Below are positions 35,931-49,406 of a stretch of 64,000 nucleotides of DNA, in pieces. This stretch comes from Somniosus microcephalus (Eukaryota), in contig CM126222.1 in assembly GCA_052327205.1 (NCBI GenBank), forward strand, positions 31,992,001 to 32,056,000, given 5' to 3'. Position 1 is the first letter of the stretch. Each line of letters begins with the position of its first letter. Made by a program: the position numbers and the translations under genes. The notes beneath the pieces are model-generated. The model had not been told where the DNA came from, made no database searches, and saw only the letters and a program-made list of their open reading frames with translations.

Positions 35931-36355
35931 ACTGGCTATGAAGCACTTTGGGACATCCTGAAGTTGTGAAATAAGTGCAACTTCATTCTTACTCACTGAC
36001 CAGGAATGTCCCAAGTGGCTACCTACTGCCTCAGTATGCACAGATATTGTTTTGAACCATTTTTGTACTGCTCTGAGCATTAGTAATGGCAAAGAAGCAT
36101 TTAAAGAGATGTCGAGTGTTTGAATTAAACAGCCTTTGTTCTCTCTTGTTTTGAAAGAAATGATCAATTTATCACATCTTGTCATGATTTTGGCCTTTCA
36201 ATGAGAGTCGACTTGCTGCCTTAGTGTTTCTTTTGCACTGCCTACATATAGCTTTATCAAGCTCCAATGGTTTCCATAGCTTAAGTAGCTGGTTTGCTTT
36301 GGAAATGTATTCATCATTCATTATGATCTGTTTCAAAGCAATGTATTCTTCATAG

Positions 36356-36544
36356 GTTGGTGGCCTGGCCTCAGAAAATGTACGTTGGGCTGAAGCTGTG
36401 CATAACTTCAAACAACAGGAGAGTATGCTGTGTGGAGATGTGCTCCTCATCACTGCCTTTGTCTCATATCTGGGCTATTTCACCAAGAAGTATAGACAGG
36501 ATCTAATGGATGGAATGTGGAAGCCTTATCTTGGGCAGCTCAAA
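36356..36544 (+). CDS. DNAH9: Axonemal dynein heavy chain exon (VGGLASENVRW...KPYLGQLK)
   Basis: Not in ORF track; tag|GTT acceptor, AAA|gtaagg donor, 189 bp; conserved ANRL-VGGLASENVRW junction and LCGDVLL motif. Confidence 0.92.
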
Positions 36545-37019
36545 GTAAGGAGAAATTTTGGCGATTCTATTTACTAATAAATTGACTGGTTTTGTAACTT
36601 ACTAAACATTTCCTCACGGACAATATTTAGTAATATTTATACATTATATAAACAAATGCATTTGTTACATTGTGCTATAAATGTTAGTTTCGCTAAATAT
36701 GAGTGAAAGCTTTATTTTTAATCAACTTTTGTATATACTCATGTCTCATGCAAATTTTAACATTTTAAGTGTGTTTTGGGAGAACCTTTGGTGCATTCAA
36801 TATTATATATGATTATCTAGGTAGATCTTTGTAGAATACGGATATAACACTCAAGACACCACTTATGCTGTTTTCTCTGCCATGTAGGTATTTTTCCAAG
36901 ATAGTTTGGCTCATTGTCTTGATCTTCCTTGAATTATTATTGGGTTTCAATCATAAAGGCTGATTCACTCTTTTACCAGCACTGCCATATGTGTCATTGT
37001 TCCTTGCTAATGAGATGTT

Positions 37020-37781
37020 GGCCCAGAAATTCGGGCCTCCACGGGTGAGTACGCATGGGGTACTCACCCGTAAGCCCAATGGAAGTGCCGGTTTCCTGCA
37101 TGCACTGCGCATGCGCGGGAAACCGCAACTTCTGTTCCCCTGAAAGCAGGGGTTCAGAGGTCGAACGCGTGCGCGGGAGAGGCTGCGCGTGCGCATCGAA
37201 CTTCGGTTTTTTTTGCAGGTTTTCCCAGGCGGGTAAGTCTCCAGAAGTTAGACATGTAAAAAGCAGGCGTAAGGCCTGCTTTTTACAAGGTAAGTGGTGA
37301 ATTAATTAAAATTAAAACATTTTTTCCGCAGGTTTATTATTTTTAAGTACTTTAAAGAAAGGTAAGTTTATTTTTAGCCCCGTTAGAAAATAAAATTATT
37401 TTTTTCAAAAGTTTAAATTATTGTTTAAAATAGTTATTTCATGTAATTTATAGTTTATTTAAAAAATGTGATTTAAAAAAAATTATTTGAAGATTTAGTG
37501 ATGTTTTGGGGCCCGTAGTATTTCTAAGTTTGACAGCACTTCCTGTCAGACTTATGAATGGAGCATTCCCTGCTCCGATTGGCTCTCCATGGCCCACGTG
37601 ATCCCAGGGGACGCATCGAACTAACTGTGCCCCTGGGATACGCAAGCACTGTGCGCCGGCAGCTGGAGCAGGCCCCGGATCGGAATTCCACAGGGGCCCA
37701 CAGCTCAACGGCCGTCGCGCAAGGTAAGTGCAGGTCGGGGGCTTGCACCTGCGGGAAGCCCCTGACCCAAATTTATGGGCC
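37020..37781. mobile_element. Harbinger-type MITE (GC-rich ends, AT-rich core)
   Basis: TIRs ggcccagaaatt / aatttatgggcc, TSD gtt/gtt; second partial copy at 2521-3012. Confidence 0.88.
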
Positions 37782-37809
37782 GTTAAAGTCTGATAAACAG
37801 CTTTGACTT

Positions 37810-38110
37810 AACATAGAAGATAGGAGCAGGAGTAGGCCATTCAGCCCCTCGAGCCTGCTCCGCCATTCAATGCGATCATGGCTGATCATCCAAATTCAGT
37901 ACCCGGTCCCTGCTTTCTCCCCATATCCCTTGATCCCCTTAGCGTTAAGAAATATATCTAACTCCTTCTTGAATATATTTAATGACTTGGCCTCAACTGC
38001 CTTCTGTGGTAGAGAATTCCACAGGTTCACCACTCTCTGGGTGAAGAAATTCCTCCTCATCTCAGTCCTAAATGGCTTACCCCTTATCCTTAGACTGTGA
38101 CCCCTGGTTC
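37810..38110 (-). mobile_element. CR1 (HER1-like) 3' end
   Basis: Reverse complement of ~3650-3950. Confidence 0.9.
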
Positions 38111-40423
38111 TTCTTCTTTCTTCTTTCAATATTAGTAGCTTTTTTATAGACCTCGTTTAAGTTGTACTCTGAGAGACTTTAATCCGTGAGCTAGTCCTCA
38201 GTGTTGACACTAATGCTTGGCTCCCTTAACCCAATGGTACAGTCGTAGAGTCATAAAAATCTAGATTAAACACTGGGAGCTGGCTCATGGATACCAGTTT
38301 CCCAGAATCCAAATTGAACCAGGGCCAGTGTAAAATAAACTAGAGATGTGCGTTGGACTACTGTTCCCAATGAGTTGTCCGCAGCTCTTTAAATGTCTTT
38401 TTGCATTGATATTTGCTTAGTTTAAACTGTGGGAAAGTAGCATCCACGCACCGACATTTTTGCAGCTAAATCTGGCTCTCTTATCCTCATGGTGGATTAG
38501 TAGAACCACAAAAACTTGGATCTATAATTATGCTGATGGGACCAGCCTGCCACTTGAAGGAATGTAAACATGGGGAGGTGACTCACAGACACTGCGATCT
38601 GAACGATCCAAATGCCAATGTAAAAGTGTATTTTCCTACATGACATCTTATGGTTAAAGTCCTTAATTATTGGTCCAAGATGAAATGTCAACAGTCCATT
38701 TGTCAGGGTCCTCTCGGGAGTAATGCCAGCACGAACCATCCATCTGGCCCAAGAGGACACATGTCCATCAGCTGCTAGTTGCATCTCAACCCCAACCTTC
38801 TGAGAATTCACCAATGTCATTTAATATGAGTTTTCCATATGGCCTCTCTGTAGTTAGCAATTGTGCTGAATTCTTTTATCCCGTGGAATTGCGTCTACTT
38901 GGAAGTAGGCTGAGGCTGCCCGGGTGTATTTAATGCTTACAGTCAGCAGAGTGTGGAAACACTCATTCAGCCAATCTGGACTGCATTCAAATCCAGCTCC
39001 CAGAGGTGCAAAGGCAGTATTCTGCGGCACTGCATCATGCAGTCCCATTGTGCAACAGAATTTTAAGTAGCATTGTTTCAATCTTTTACATATTTTTGTG
39101 GTAAGTTGAACAGTTGACAGCTGTGCATTATAAGTATCGTGTAACAGTGACACGCAATTATCTGCATATTTATATAGCCAGTTGTGTTCTACTGTAATGG
39201 CTCTTGGCAAATCTGATTAAGTGCTACAATTGTAAATTAAAGCAAATTACCGTTCAAAGGATAGCTGCGATTCTCTGCTTATAAATCTTTTACCAAACCA
39301 TATCATTTAGCTAAATGGAAATGAAGATAGAAATGCTGCACAAACTGTGTATTGCCTTTTTAATAATTGAAAAATCGCCTTTTATTCTGCTCAAGAACTG
39401 TCATCTATTTGTTTCTCCTGAAAGACCTTTTTCTTTATTAACTTGCCTTTGTGCCTGGAACATTACTTTAAATGGACGTTTGTGTTTTATTATTCATATC
39501 AGCAGAAGAGCGTGTCAGCAAAAAATAAACCTGTGCTAATAGATAGCGAGGCGAGAACTGAACCAACTGGTTGTATGACGTCATGAATCACAATCGCGAG
39601 GCTTCCACACCTGTCGTACTTGTTATAAACCACGTTCCCAACGTTCCTACAACACGAGAATATTTACAGACAGAAGCAGAATTCCACTATTGAATCACTA
39701 CTCTAAACTTTGTCAGATTTTTGTTCTTCTTTAATCTCAGCGATTTCTTGGAATTTTTTTTTTGACGGCTGAGCGAAGCAAACAATCTAATGTTGATGAA
39801 AAGGTAAAAAAACAGATAATGACAAAAATTACGAAGGTGATTACAGATGGCGATGGCCAATCTTGAATTCATCCAACTAGAACGACTCGAGTCTCCCCAC
39901 TGCCACATCCATTTTGTTTCTTGAATCCTTCCAGGATTATATGCCTCCACCACTCTTATCTGAAAGTTCATTTCAAGTGTTACTTACTCCTTCTGTGAAG
40001 AAGGACTTCCTGATATCTGTTATCAGCTTCACTTTTGCTAATTTTGTGTCCCTGTGCACAGCTGATATGAACATATGAAAATGATGGGCTAAGAAAGACC
40101 TGTTGGTCCATCAAATCTGCCCCACACTCATGATGCTTGAAGCAGCCGAGACACTTTCTGACCCACCCGCCCCTACAGCCATATAATCTCCTGGGAGGGG
40201 CAAGAAAATACTGGTGATACCTTCTTTTCTAGCAGGTTGCAAGCATATAAACCATGGGATTGTCATTCTTGGGAGACAGAGGTCAGGAGGGATCTAATCT
40301 AAGAAGCAGACATGGTCAAATAACACATATTTTATTGATACTATGGGGAGGATGAAGGAATATACAAGTTATAACTGCAAAATTGAAGTGTTCAATTAAT
40401 AAATGATTTACCAGAAAGAGTGG

Positions 40424-43075
40424 AGGGGGAATTTTAATCCCTAAAAAGGGGTGGGTTTCGGTCGGGTGGGATGAAAAAAGTTAAAAATCTCAAACCCGAA
40501 CCCGCCTCAAATCCACCCACTTCCAGTTGTAACAGAGGTGGGGTGGGGGGCCGGGGGGGGGGGGGGGCGGTTGTTGCTGGTGGGAGCGAAAATTCCACTT
40601 CCAGGAGGCGCGTCGCTCATTTAAATATTTTAATGAGGCTGTGTGCCTCAGATATTACTTCCATTTTAAATTTAACCCTGGCTGGCTGGGTTTCCCAGGC
40701 CATTCCCACAACCACCCCCACACCCCGCCATGATCTCCCACCAACCCGCCTTTCCGATCTCCTCAGCCCTGGTCTTTCTGATCCCTCCCTCCTCTGCACT
40801 CTCCAGCTGCAACCTCCAATCTCCTCTGACCCTTCCAATCTACCCCCCCAGCCTTCCAATCTCCCCCCCGCCTTCCAATCTCCCCCCCAGCCTTCCAATC
40901 TCCCCCCCAGCCTTCCAATCTCCCCCCCAGCCTTCCAATCTCCACCCCCCCAGCCTTCCAATCTCCCCCCCAGCCTTCCAATCTCCACCCCCCCAGCCTT
41001 CCAATCTCCCCCCCAGCCTTCCAATCTCCGGCCCCAACCTTCCAATCTCCCCCCCAGCCTTCCAATCTCCGGCCCCAACCTTCCAATCTCCCCCCCCAGC
41101 CTTCCAATCTCCCCCCAGCCTTCCAATCTCCCCCCCCAACCTTCCAATCTCCCCCCCCAGCCTTCCAATCTCCCCCCCCAGCCTTCCAATCTCCCGCCCA
41201 GCCTTCCAATCTCCCCCCCCAGCCTTCCAATCTCCCCCCCCAGCCTTCCAATCTCCCCCCCAGCCTTCCAATCTCCCCCCCCAGCCTTCCAATCTTCCCC
41301 CCCCCAGCCTTCCAATCTCCCCCCCAGCTTTCCAATCTCCCCCCCAGCTTTCCAATCTCCCCCCCAGCCTTCCAATCTCCCCCCCAGCCTTCCAATCTCC
41401 CCCCCAGCCTTCCAATCTCCCCCCAGCCTTCCAATCTCCCCCCCCAGCCTTCCAATCTCCCCCCAGCCTTCCAATCTCCCCCCCAGCCTTCCAATCTCCC
41501 CCCCAGCCTTCCAATCTCCCCCCCAGCCTTCCAATCTCCCCCCCAGCCTTCCAATCTCCCCCCCAGCCTTCCAATCTCCCCCCCAGCCTTCCAATCTCCC
41601 CCCAGCCTTCCAATCTCCCCCCCAGCCTTCCAATCTCCCCCCCAGCCTTCCAATCTCCCCCCCAGCCTTCCAGTCTCCCGCCCAGCCTTCCAATCTCCCG
41701 CCCAGCCTTCCAATCTCCCCCCCCCAGCCTTCCAATCTCCCCCCCCAGCCTTCCAATCTCCCCCCAGCCTTCCAATCTCCCCCCCGCCTTCCAATCTCCC
41801 CCCCAGCCTTCCAATCTCCCCCCAGCCTTCCAATCTCCCCCCAGCCTTCCAATCTCCCCCCAGCCTTCCAATCTCCCCCCAGCCTTCCAATCTCCCCCCA
41901 GCCTTCCAATCTCCCCCAGCCTTCCAATCTCCCCCCAGCCTTCCAATCTCCCCCCCAGCCTTCCAACCTCCCCAGCCTTCCAATCTCCCCCCCAGCCTTC
42001 CAATCTCCCCCCAGCCTTCCAATCTCCCCCCAGCCTTCCAATCTCCCCCCAGCCTTCCAATCTCCCCCCAGCCTTCCAATCTCCCCCCAGCCTTCCAATC
42101 TCCCCCCAGCCTTCCAATCTCCCCCCAGCCTTCCAATCTCCCCCCAGCCTTCCAATCTCCCCCCAGCCTTCCAATCTCCCCCCAGCCTTCCAATCTCCCC
42201 CAGCCTTCCAATCTCCCCCCCAGCCTTCCAATCTCCCCCCCCAGCCTTCCAATCTCCCCCAGCCTTCCAATCTCCACCACCCCAGCCTTCCAATCTCCCC
42301 CCAGCCTTCCAATCTCCCCCCCCCAGCCTTCCAATCTCCCCCCCACCTTCCAATCTCCCGCCCAGCCTTCCAATCTCCCGCCCAGCCTTCCAATCTCCCG
42401 CCCAGCCTTCCAATCTCCCGCCCAGCCTTCCAATCTCCCCCCCCCAGCCTTCCAATCTCCCCCCCAGCCTTCCAATCTCCCCCCAGCCTTCCAATCTCCC
42501 CCCCAGCCTTCCAATCTCCCCCCCCAGCCTTCCAATCTCCCCCCCAGCCTTCCAATCTCCCCCCAGCCTTCCAATCTCCCCCCAGCCTTCCAATCTCCCC
42601 CCAGCCTTCCAATCTCCCCCCAGCCTTCCAATCTCCGCCCCAGCCTTCCAATCTCCCCCCCCAGCCTTCCAATCTCCCCCAGCCTTCCAATCTCCCCCAG
42701 CCTTCCAATCTCCCCCCCCAGCCTTCCAATCTCCCCCCCCAGCCTTCCAATCTCCCCCCTAGCCTTCCAATCTCCCCCCCAGCCTTCCAATCTCCCCCCC
42801 AGCCTTCCAATCTCCCCCTCCCCTGCCCAAGCCTTCCAATCTCCTGCCTCCAACCTTTCTGATTTCTTCCTTGCCTCTGATATCTCCTGACATCAGCCTC
42901 CAATCTCTGCCCCCCCACCACCCTCCCAATCTGACTGGCTGCGGCCGGGAAATGGAGACAAAATATGTTAATCAGATTCTGCCGTTAAACACGGCAGGAC
43001 CTGAGGGAAACCCGTCCTTCCGGGCTTCCGAAATGCAAAACCGCTTCCTCCCCGCCTCCCCGTAAATAACAGGCC
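40424..43075. mobile_element. GC-rich MITE-like element containing an expanded minisatellite
   Basis: Left end gggggaattttaatcc shared with 20111-20126; GC-rich flanks 40424-40830 and 42860-43075; TSD not resolved. Confidence 0.5.
40830..42855. repeat. Minisatellite ~19-21 bp unit (c)nagccttccaatct, roughly 100 copies, ~2 kb
   Basis: Direct tandem array; variation mostly in C-run length. Confidence 0.97.
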
Positions 43076-43647
43076 AGTATTTGAAAATGTGGCTTGATTA
43101 GAAGTGTAGCGTAGGCCCCGTGGCTAGCCAAAGTGATAAGACCATAAATGAATGTATACGTCACACACCTTGTACTGCCATGTAAATGTATAAATCCTTC
43201 CACTGGTCAGTATGTTGTTGTGCTGCTCTGCATTATTCTTAGAATACACGATCATTTTCACCATTACTGTTATCAGGGTGAAGTGGTAACCAGATGACTT
43301 TGTAGTTCTAGTTAAAGCAACCCTAGTTGGGTATAACTGTAGGCAGCAGAGGTGCTGGCTGTTGGAACAGAACAGATTCAAGAAGATAGTGCGATGAAAC
43401 CACTATACTTATGTTCCCAGGAATTGAGGTAACTATAGACTCTTTCTGCATTTTTGCAGTGCTGTTTAACAACTAATTTGTTGTAAGCGTAATTATCTAG
43501 TGTCTGAAACCACAAGACTTCTCTATCTTTAGAGGGACAACAGAAGTGATGTGCTTTTGGTTGCATTTGTAGCTGATGCCATTGTTGAGCTCTGGTGGAG
43601 CCTATTAATTGACCAGTTTCTGTTGAGTGTTCATTGGTAGTTGTTGG

Positions 43648-43661
43648 GTTGCCATAGTAAC
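43648..43661. promoter_or_regulatory. Candidate RFX X-box GTTGCCATAGTAAC
   Basis: Full match to GTNRCC-N2-RGYAAC consensus in unique intronic DNA. Confidence 0.5.
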
Positions 43662-44378
43662 GGTAGCAGCGCAGTATAAATTGGACTTCTCACCCTCCAT
43701 TTGACAAGTGCCTTCCCTCTGAATAATGGAGTGTGATTACTTTACCATATCAGCTAAATAACTTTGCTTTAAAGCTTCTATGGAAGTCTTACACACTGGA
43801 TAATGTAGCCTCTGGTTTAAAACCTCGTTGCTCCAGCATACAGCGTAAAGTGGGTAGCTGGAATCTAATCAGGAGGTTCAAATGATGTCAGAAATTGTTT
43901 ATAACTGTCAGCAAAAACTGAGATTAGATTGGAGCCTTGAGCTCAGCCCCTAATAGTTTTCCTTAAAAAAGAATAAATACTATTTAGTTTGTGTGCTGTT
44001 TTATCTACTTTCAATCACTTTAATGCCAGCAGGGGCTGTCAAGAATGCCCATATCCTTGATGCATGGTGATGTTCATAAAAAGGTATTAATGCTTTGAGA
44101 TGTCTACAAAAGGGTATTAATGAGCTATTCCGCATGGTATTTTCTCACGATTTAACCAACACAACATATGTTAGAGAACATTACTAAACTGATGTGACAC
44201 TAAGTATTGTGAAAGCAAGTTGCTGATTTAGTTGTACAGTGTACTCACTGTGTAATGTTAAAATATTTCTCTCTGTACGTACCATAGAGTTTGGTGATAA
44301 ATTGAGAATTAAGTGCACAATAAGATTGTGGTTCATTTTTTTTAGATGGACTGTTTAAGCAACCATTAATAGATAGTG

Positions 44379-44392
44379 GTTTCCATGGTGAC
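44379..44392. promoter_or_regulatory. Candidate RFX X-box GTTTCCATGGTGAC
   Basis: Near-palindromic X-box ~730 bp from the one at 43648. Confidence 0.35.
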
Positions 44393-47167
44393 GCAACATA
44401 CATTTTCTGGTTTGAAAGAGTTAAGAGCCACAATTATGAGCACTGTGATTAATGGGCCAACATTGTCTGCCTTGAAGAATACATAAATAAAATATATTTT
44501 ATAATTTATTTACTGTAATAATATGTTTTTAATCTATCTTCCTTGCAAAGGAATTCTCATATTTTGAAGTAAATCATAACTCTGCCCCATTGTTAGGCTG
44601 AGTAATGAAAAAAATAATATGGAAGAAAATCCCACAGCCTAAGGCTATGGCTCAAAAGTGCCTGACTGCCTTAAAAGCATTCATGTTGAAATGATTAATT
44701 GTCATGTTGCTTTTGAACTCCCTTGCATTTTAAGTTACGGGGCCATATAAAGTATGTACCTGTCTCCTGATATCACACAAGGAAGTTTGTGTGTCTACCA
44801 TCTCCTCCTAATACAGACTGAAATAATCAACTTGTTCAGTAGTCAACAAATAATGCGCCTGGGTCTTGGATAATACTGTTCTTCAATTGACATTGTGATC
44901 CAACTGATAACAGAGGACTGAAGACAATGACCACTTATGCCTCCATCCTTATAAAATCTTCAATACAAGAGAGACCTGCCATCTCCTGTGTGCATCGTTC
45001 AGGAATGCCCAGTGTCCTTCATATATATTGTATACCAGTCTCTTCTATAACTTAATCATTAGTAAAACTATGGATGGGGAGAGTGAGTACTAAGGCTATC
45101 TTTTAAGCAAGGAGCTTGGATAACATCACAAATTTCCAGATTGAATCTTATGGATGGATATTAAGGGTGTCAGTTGAGCCTCAAATTAAGTTTTAACGTG
45201 TAATAAATTCTGTACTATTTAGACTATTCCTTTCAGTAGAATCAAAACTGTATGTTGACAGTTCAAAGCACCAAATTTTACTGTGAAATCTAATATATAA
45301 TTCATATTTTCCATTTTATATTTGCTGTTTTCCTTTATTGTTATGGATGTTTGGGTACATGTTTCCACATTGTGTATCTTGTTAATGACTTTCTTGATCC
45401 ACCTTGCTTGTTGCCTTTAGCCAGCAGTTGAGTACCTCCAGTGCTCCCTGTAGCTCTCAGCAGGACATTCCATGGATTACCCAGGCATGACACCCCTTCT
45501 TAGAATCATAGAATGACACAGCACTGAAGGAGGCCATTCGGCCCATCATGCCTGTGCCAGCTCTTTGAACCAGCTCTCCAATTAGTCCCACTCCCCTGCT
45601 CTTTCCCCACAGTCTTGTAGATTTTTTCCCTTCAAGTATTTATCCAATTCTCTTTTGAATGTTACAATTGAATCTGCTTCCTCCACCCTTCTTCTTTTGT
45701 ATGGTAGCAACAAAGCAAATCAAATGTCCCTATCTAAGTCAGATATCCAGGCCAAAGCTTCCCGTGTAACAACGTGGATATCTTGTAGGCTGCCTGTGAA
45801 TTTCTTCTGAGGGCAGTGCTCAATGATGTGCTCCAGGGTCTGATTAGGAGCTCCACAGTCGCATGATGGGGATGCTTTAATCTTCCATCTATGGAGAAGG
45901 TGGCAGCATCTACCATGACTGGTTCTGAGGCGGTTGACGGTTGTCCACTGTTTGCGAGGAAGGTTTGATCCTTCAGGTTGTACTGTGGGGTCCTCTATAA
46001 GGAATCCATTCCGTATGTTATAGTTCTTACAAGTATTTCGCCATCGATCATCAAGGCTGAGGGGAGATCACTGAAGGGCTTCAGCGACGGTCCAAAATGG
46101 TCTTCTAGATTTGAGACGGATTGGTGGTAGGTTGTTCAAGTCAGCCTGGATCGGCATGTCTTTGCTGATGTAGCAGTTGTATTCTCTGGAAACTACATAT
46201 TCGCAGCGTAGGTGTGGTGGTGCGATGTTTGCAAGCACGGGCAGCCAAGATGTTGGTGTCAATAAAAGCGTACCGCTGATAATTCTCCTAGTAGAATTCA
46301 GCTGGACATCAACGGATTTGACATGCAGACCTGATAACCATGCCGGAGAACAGTACTCCGCTGTAGAGTACACCAGGGCGAGTGCTGCTGTATGGAGGGT
46401 TTGAGCGTCTGCTCCCCATGTGGATCTGGTGAGTTTCTGGATCAAGTTGACCCTACTCTTTAGTTTCTTCCCAAGGATCTGGAGATGTTGTCTATATGAC
46501 AGGGTGCGATCAAGCGTGACTCCTAAATAGGTTTTTTGTCATGGTTTATCTCTGCGCCACAAAAGGAGACTTTCAAAGCTTGGTTTGCTTGATGAGCTTT
46601 GAGGTGGATGGTCGAGGTGGCGGTTTTTTGCATGTTTGGCTGAAGTTGCCATCGGCGGAAGTAGGCCTCCTTCCTCTGTAAATCACTGGTCAGGGTCTCC
46701 TCGGTGATGGACAGATTCATGTTTTGTGTAGCCAAGGCAATGTCATCAGCCTGTACGAACTTGCGGGACTCTGTTTCGGGCAGGTCACTGGTGTAAACGT
46801 TGAATGATATGGGTGCCAGGACAGAACCCTGTGGGAGTCCATCGTTCAATGTCCTATATCTGCTCTTCTGGGTGCCAGAGTACACACGGAAGCGTCTGTT
46901 GCTAAGCATGGAGTTGAGAAGATGGATTGTTGTTCTGCAGGGTAAAATGGTGGAGAGTTTGAAAAGCAAGTCCATGCTTTCATACTGTGTCATATGCCGC
47001 TGACAGGTCCATGAGTGCTACGGCAGTCTTGAGCTGGTGCTGGAAGCTTGCTTCGATGTGCGTTGTTAAAGCTACCACTTGGTTGCAGCAGTTACGGCCA
47101 CTCTGGAAGCCCGCTTGCTGCTTAGGAATGGTTGGCTCAATGATGGAGGCTAGTCTGTGGAGTAGTA

Positions 47168-47855
47168 CGATAGCAAAATACTGCAGATGTTGGAAATCCG
47201 AAATAACAACAGAAAATGCTGGAAAAACTCAGCAGGTCAGGCAACATCCGTGGAGAAAAATTTGAGTTGACGTTTCGGGTTGGACCCTTCTTCAAAACTG
47301 GAAAGAAAAGAAACTAGATCGGAGGCAGGGCTGCGATCGGACAAAAGAATAAAAGAAACAAAAGAAGTAAAAGAGATTAGAAGCTAGACGAGATGGTAAT
47401 AGGCTGGGATTAGGTGTAAAGTGTACTGGCAGGGCAAAAGATAGCTGCCAGGTGTGAGAGAGAAACAAAAGGAAAGGGGGGGGGGAAAGGAGTGGAACAA
47501 TTACAAGAGAAAATGAAATGGGGGCCGAGCTTATGATCTGAAATTGTTGAACTCGATATTGAGTCCGGAAGGCTGCAGACTGCCTAATCAGAAGATGAGG
47601 TGCTGTTCCTCGAGTTTACATTGAGCTTCCGTGGAACAATACAAGAGGCCCAGCCTATTACCATCTCGTCTAGCTTCTAATCTCTTTTACTTCTTTTGTT
47701 TCTTTTATTCTTTTGTCCGATCGCAGCCCTGCCTCCGATCTAGTTTCTTTTCTTTCCAGTTTTGAAGAAGGGTCCAACCCGAAACGTCAACTCAAATTTC
47801 TCTCCACGGATGTTGCCTGACCTGCTGAGTTTTTCCAGCATTTTCTGTTGTTATT
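47168..47855 (-). mobile_element. Penelope-like element 3' remnant with 209-bp inverted arms, nested in the Vingi RT
   Basis: Duplication tctgtggagtagta (47154-47167/47856-47869); arms 47200-47408 and 47649-47857; spacer encodes KLEEQHLIF*LGSLQPSGLNIEFNNFRS* (GIY-YIG C-terminus) on - strand. Confidence 0.9.
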
Positions 47856-49406
47856 TCTGTGGAGTAGTAGTCTCTCCAGCACTTTATAACAAGCGCAAAG
47901 TAAGGAGATCGGGCAGTAGCTGGAAGCTTCACAAGCATTTGTCCCCTGCTTCAGGAGGGCAATTATTTTAGTCTCCCTCCAAATAGATGGAATTTTACCA
48001 GTTGCCAGTACCTCAGAGAAGAAGGAGGTCAACCATCTCTTGGCTTTGGGTCCCAGTGCTTTTAAGAATTCTGGGTAAACACCATCTGGACCAGCAGCTT
48101 TTCCAGATGTGGTTGTCGACAGGGCTGCGTTTAGTTTGTCCAAGGTGAATGGATCAGACAGAGTTGACGATCTTGGTGCCGCCATCAAGTTTGTCGAAAA
48201 CTGCCACTTCACCTGGCGTCAAGATTCTTTGTCCAGCAGAGCCTTTGATATTTGTATCAAGTGGGATACAATGGCGTCCTGCTCTGATGGTCACCCCGTG
48301 TTTACAGGCGGGGTTTGCCTCACCAAGTTGGCGGAGCAGGGCCCATGTTTTCCTGCTGGAGTGAGTGAAGTTAGTCTTCTCCACAAGGCTCCTCCACCTT
48401 TCATGTCTCGCCCAGTTCAAGGACTCCAGCATTGCGGTGGCTGTGGCTGGTTTCTTGTTCAGCGAATACCTCTGGTAGAGAGCCTCGCTTTCTTCCGTCC
48501 AACAAGGATATATGTCTTTCTAAACCCCCGAGGTATACTGTGTTTTGTGGCAGCTTTAATAATTCCTATAAATCTGTTGAGGGCATTGGTGGTTGGTGGA
48601 ATCCACCTGATGTTGGTGTCAACTGACCTTTGGAAGGTTTCCCAGTTTGCTTTTTTGAAGTTCCATCGTGGTTCCGGTGTTGATGTAATGACAGGAATTT
48701 CGATGCCAGCGTTGATGATTGAGGGCCTGTGTTGACTGTTGAGGAAATCGTCAAGAATAGTTCCTTTGCTGTCTTTAGAGAGGAAACACAGGTCTGGGTT
48801 ATATTCTCTCTGCTACCTTGACGAATGAAACGTACCTCAATCTTTGGCGTCAAAAAGGAGGAATTTATTCTCTAGTGAAGCCCACTGTGCAATTGCTTCT
48901 CCATTATAGGTGATGTCTGCAAAGCCCCATATTGTGTAGAGGCTATTAAAGTCTCTGAGATGGATGGATGTTGACTAGGAGGGAGTGGTGGGTCAGGCCG
49001 CTGTATGAGTGGTGGTTTGTAGACATTGGAGATTATTAGCTCTCCTACGTGTATTGCTGTAGTGAAAACTCTGGCAATACTGGTATGCTAGAGTTCAGTG
49101 CAGCTTTTGATGTCTTGTTTGACATAACGTGCAAGGCCATATTTGGGATGGTTATTGAAAGCGATTAGGTCAAAACCTGTGACATGCCCTCTTGCGTCGA
49201 GCTGGTGGATGTGTTCGATGTGTGTTTCTTGAGTAACCTTTCGAGGTATTCACATTTTGAATGAGAGATGCCTTCGATGTTAAGTTGGCATATTTGGATG
49301 GCTGGATACATGTAGTTTTCTTTGGTCTTGGAGAGGACCGTTTGATTTGCTTGGTTTGCTACTGTCAGCGGGAGATCGATTTAACGACAAGTTCGGTGTC
49401 CTTTGA

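Larger units (their letters stand above)
30523..35990 (+). mobile_element. DeuSINE split by a gypsy element and a probable solo LTR (pieces 30523-30623, 34987-35271, 35931-35990)
   Basis: tRNA-like head, Deu domain and tail continue colinearly across both insertions. Confidence 0.75.

Noticed and set aside
40471-42921. Five long ORFs of 650-760 aa
   Set aside because: Artefacts of a stop-free minisatellite, open on both strands in several frames
49330-49360. SKSNGP as a possible 2A ribosomal-skip peptide in the Vingi leader
   Set aside because: Does not fit D(V/I)ExNPGP
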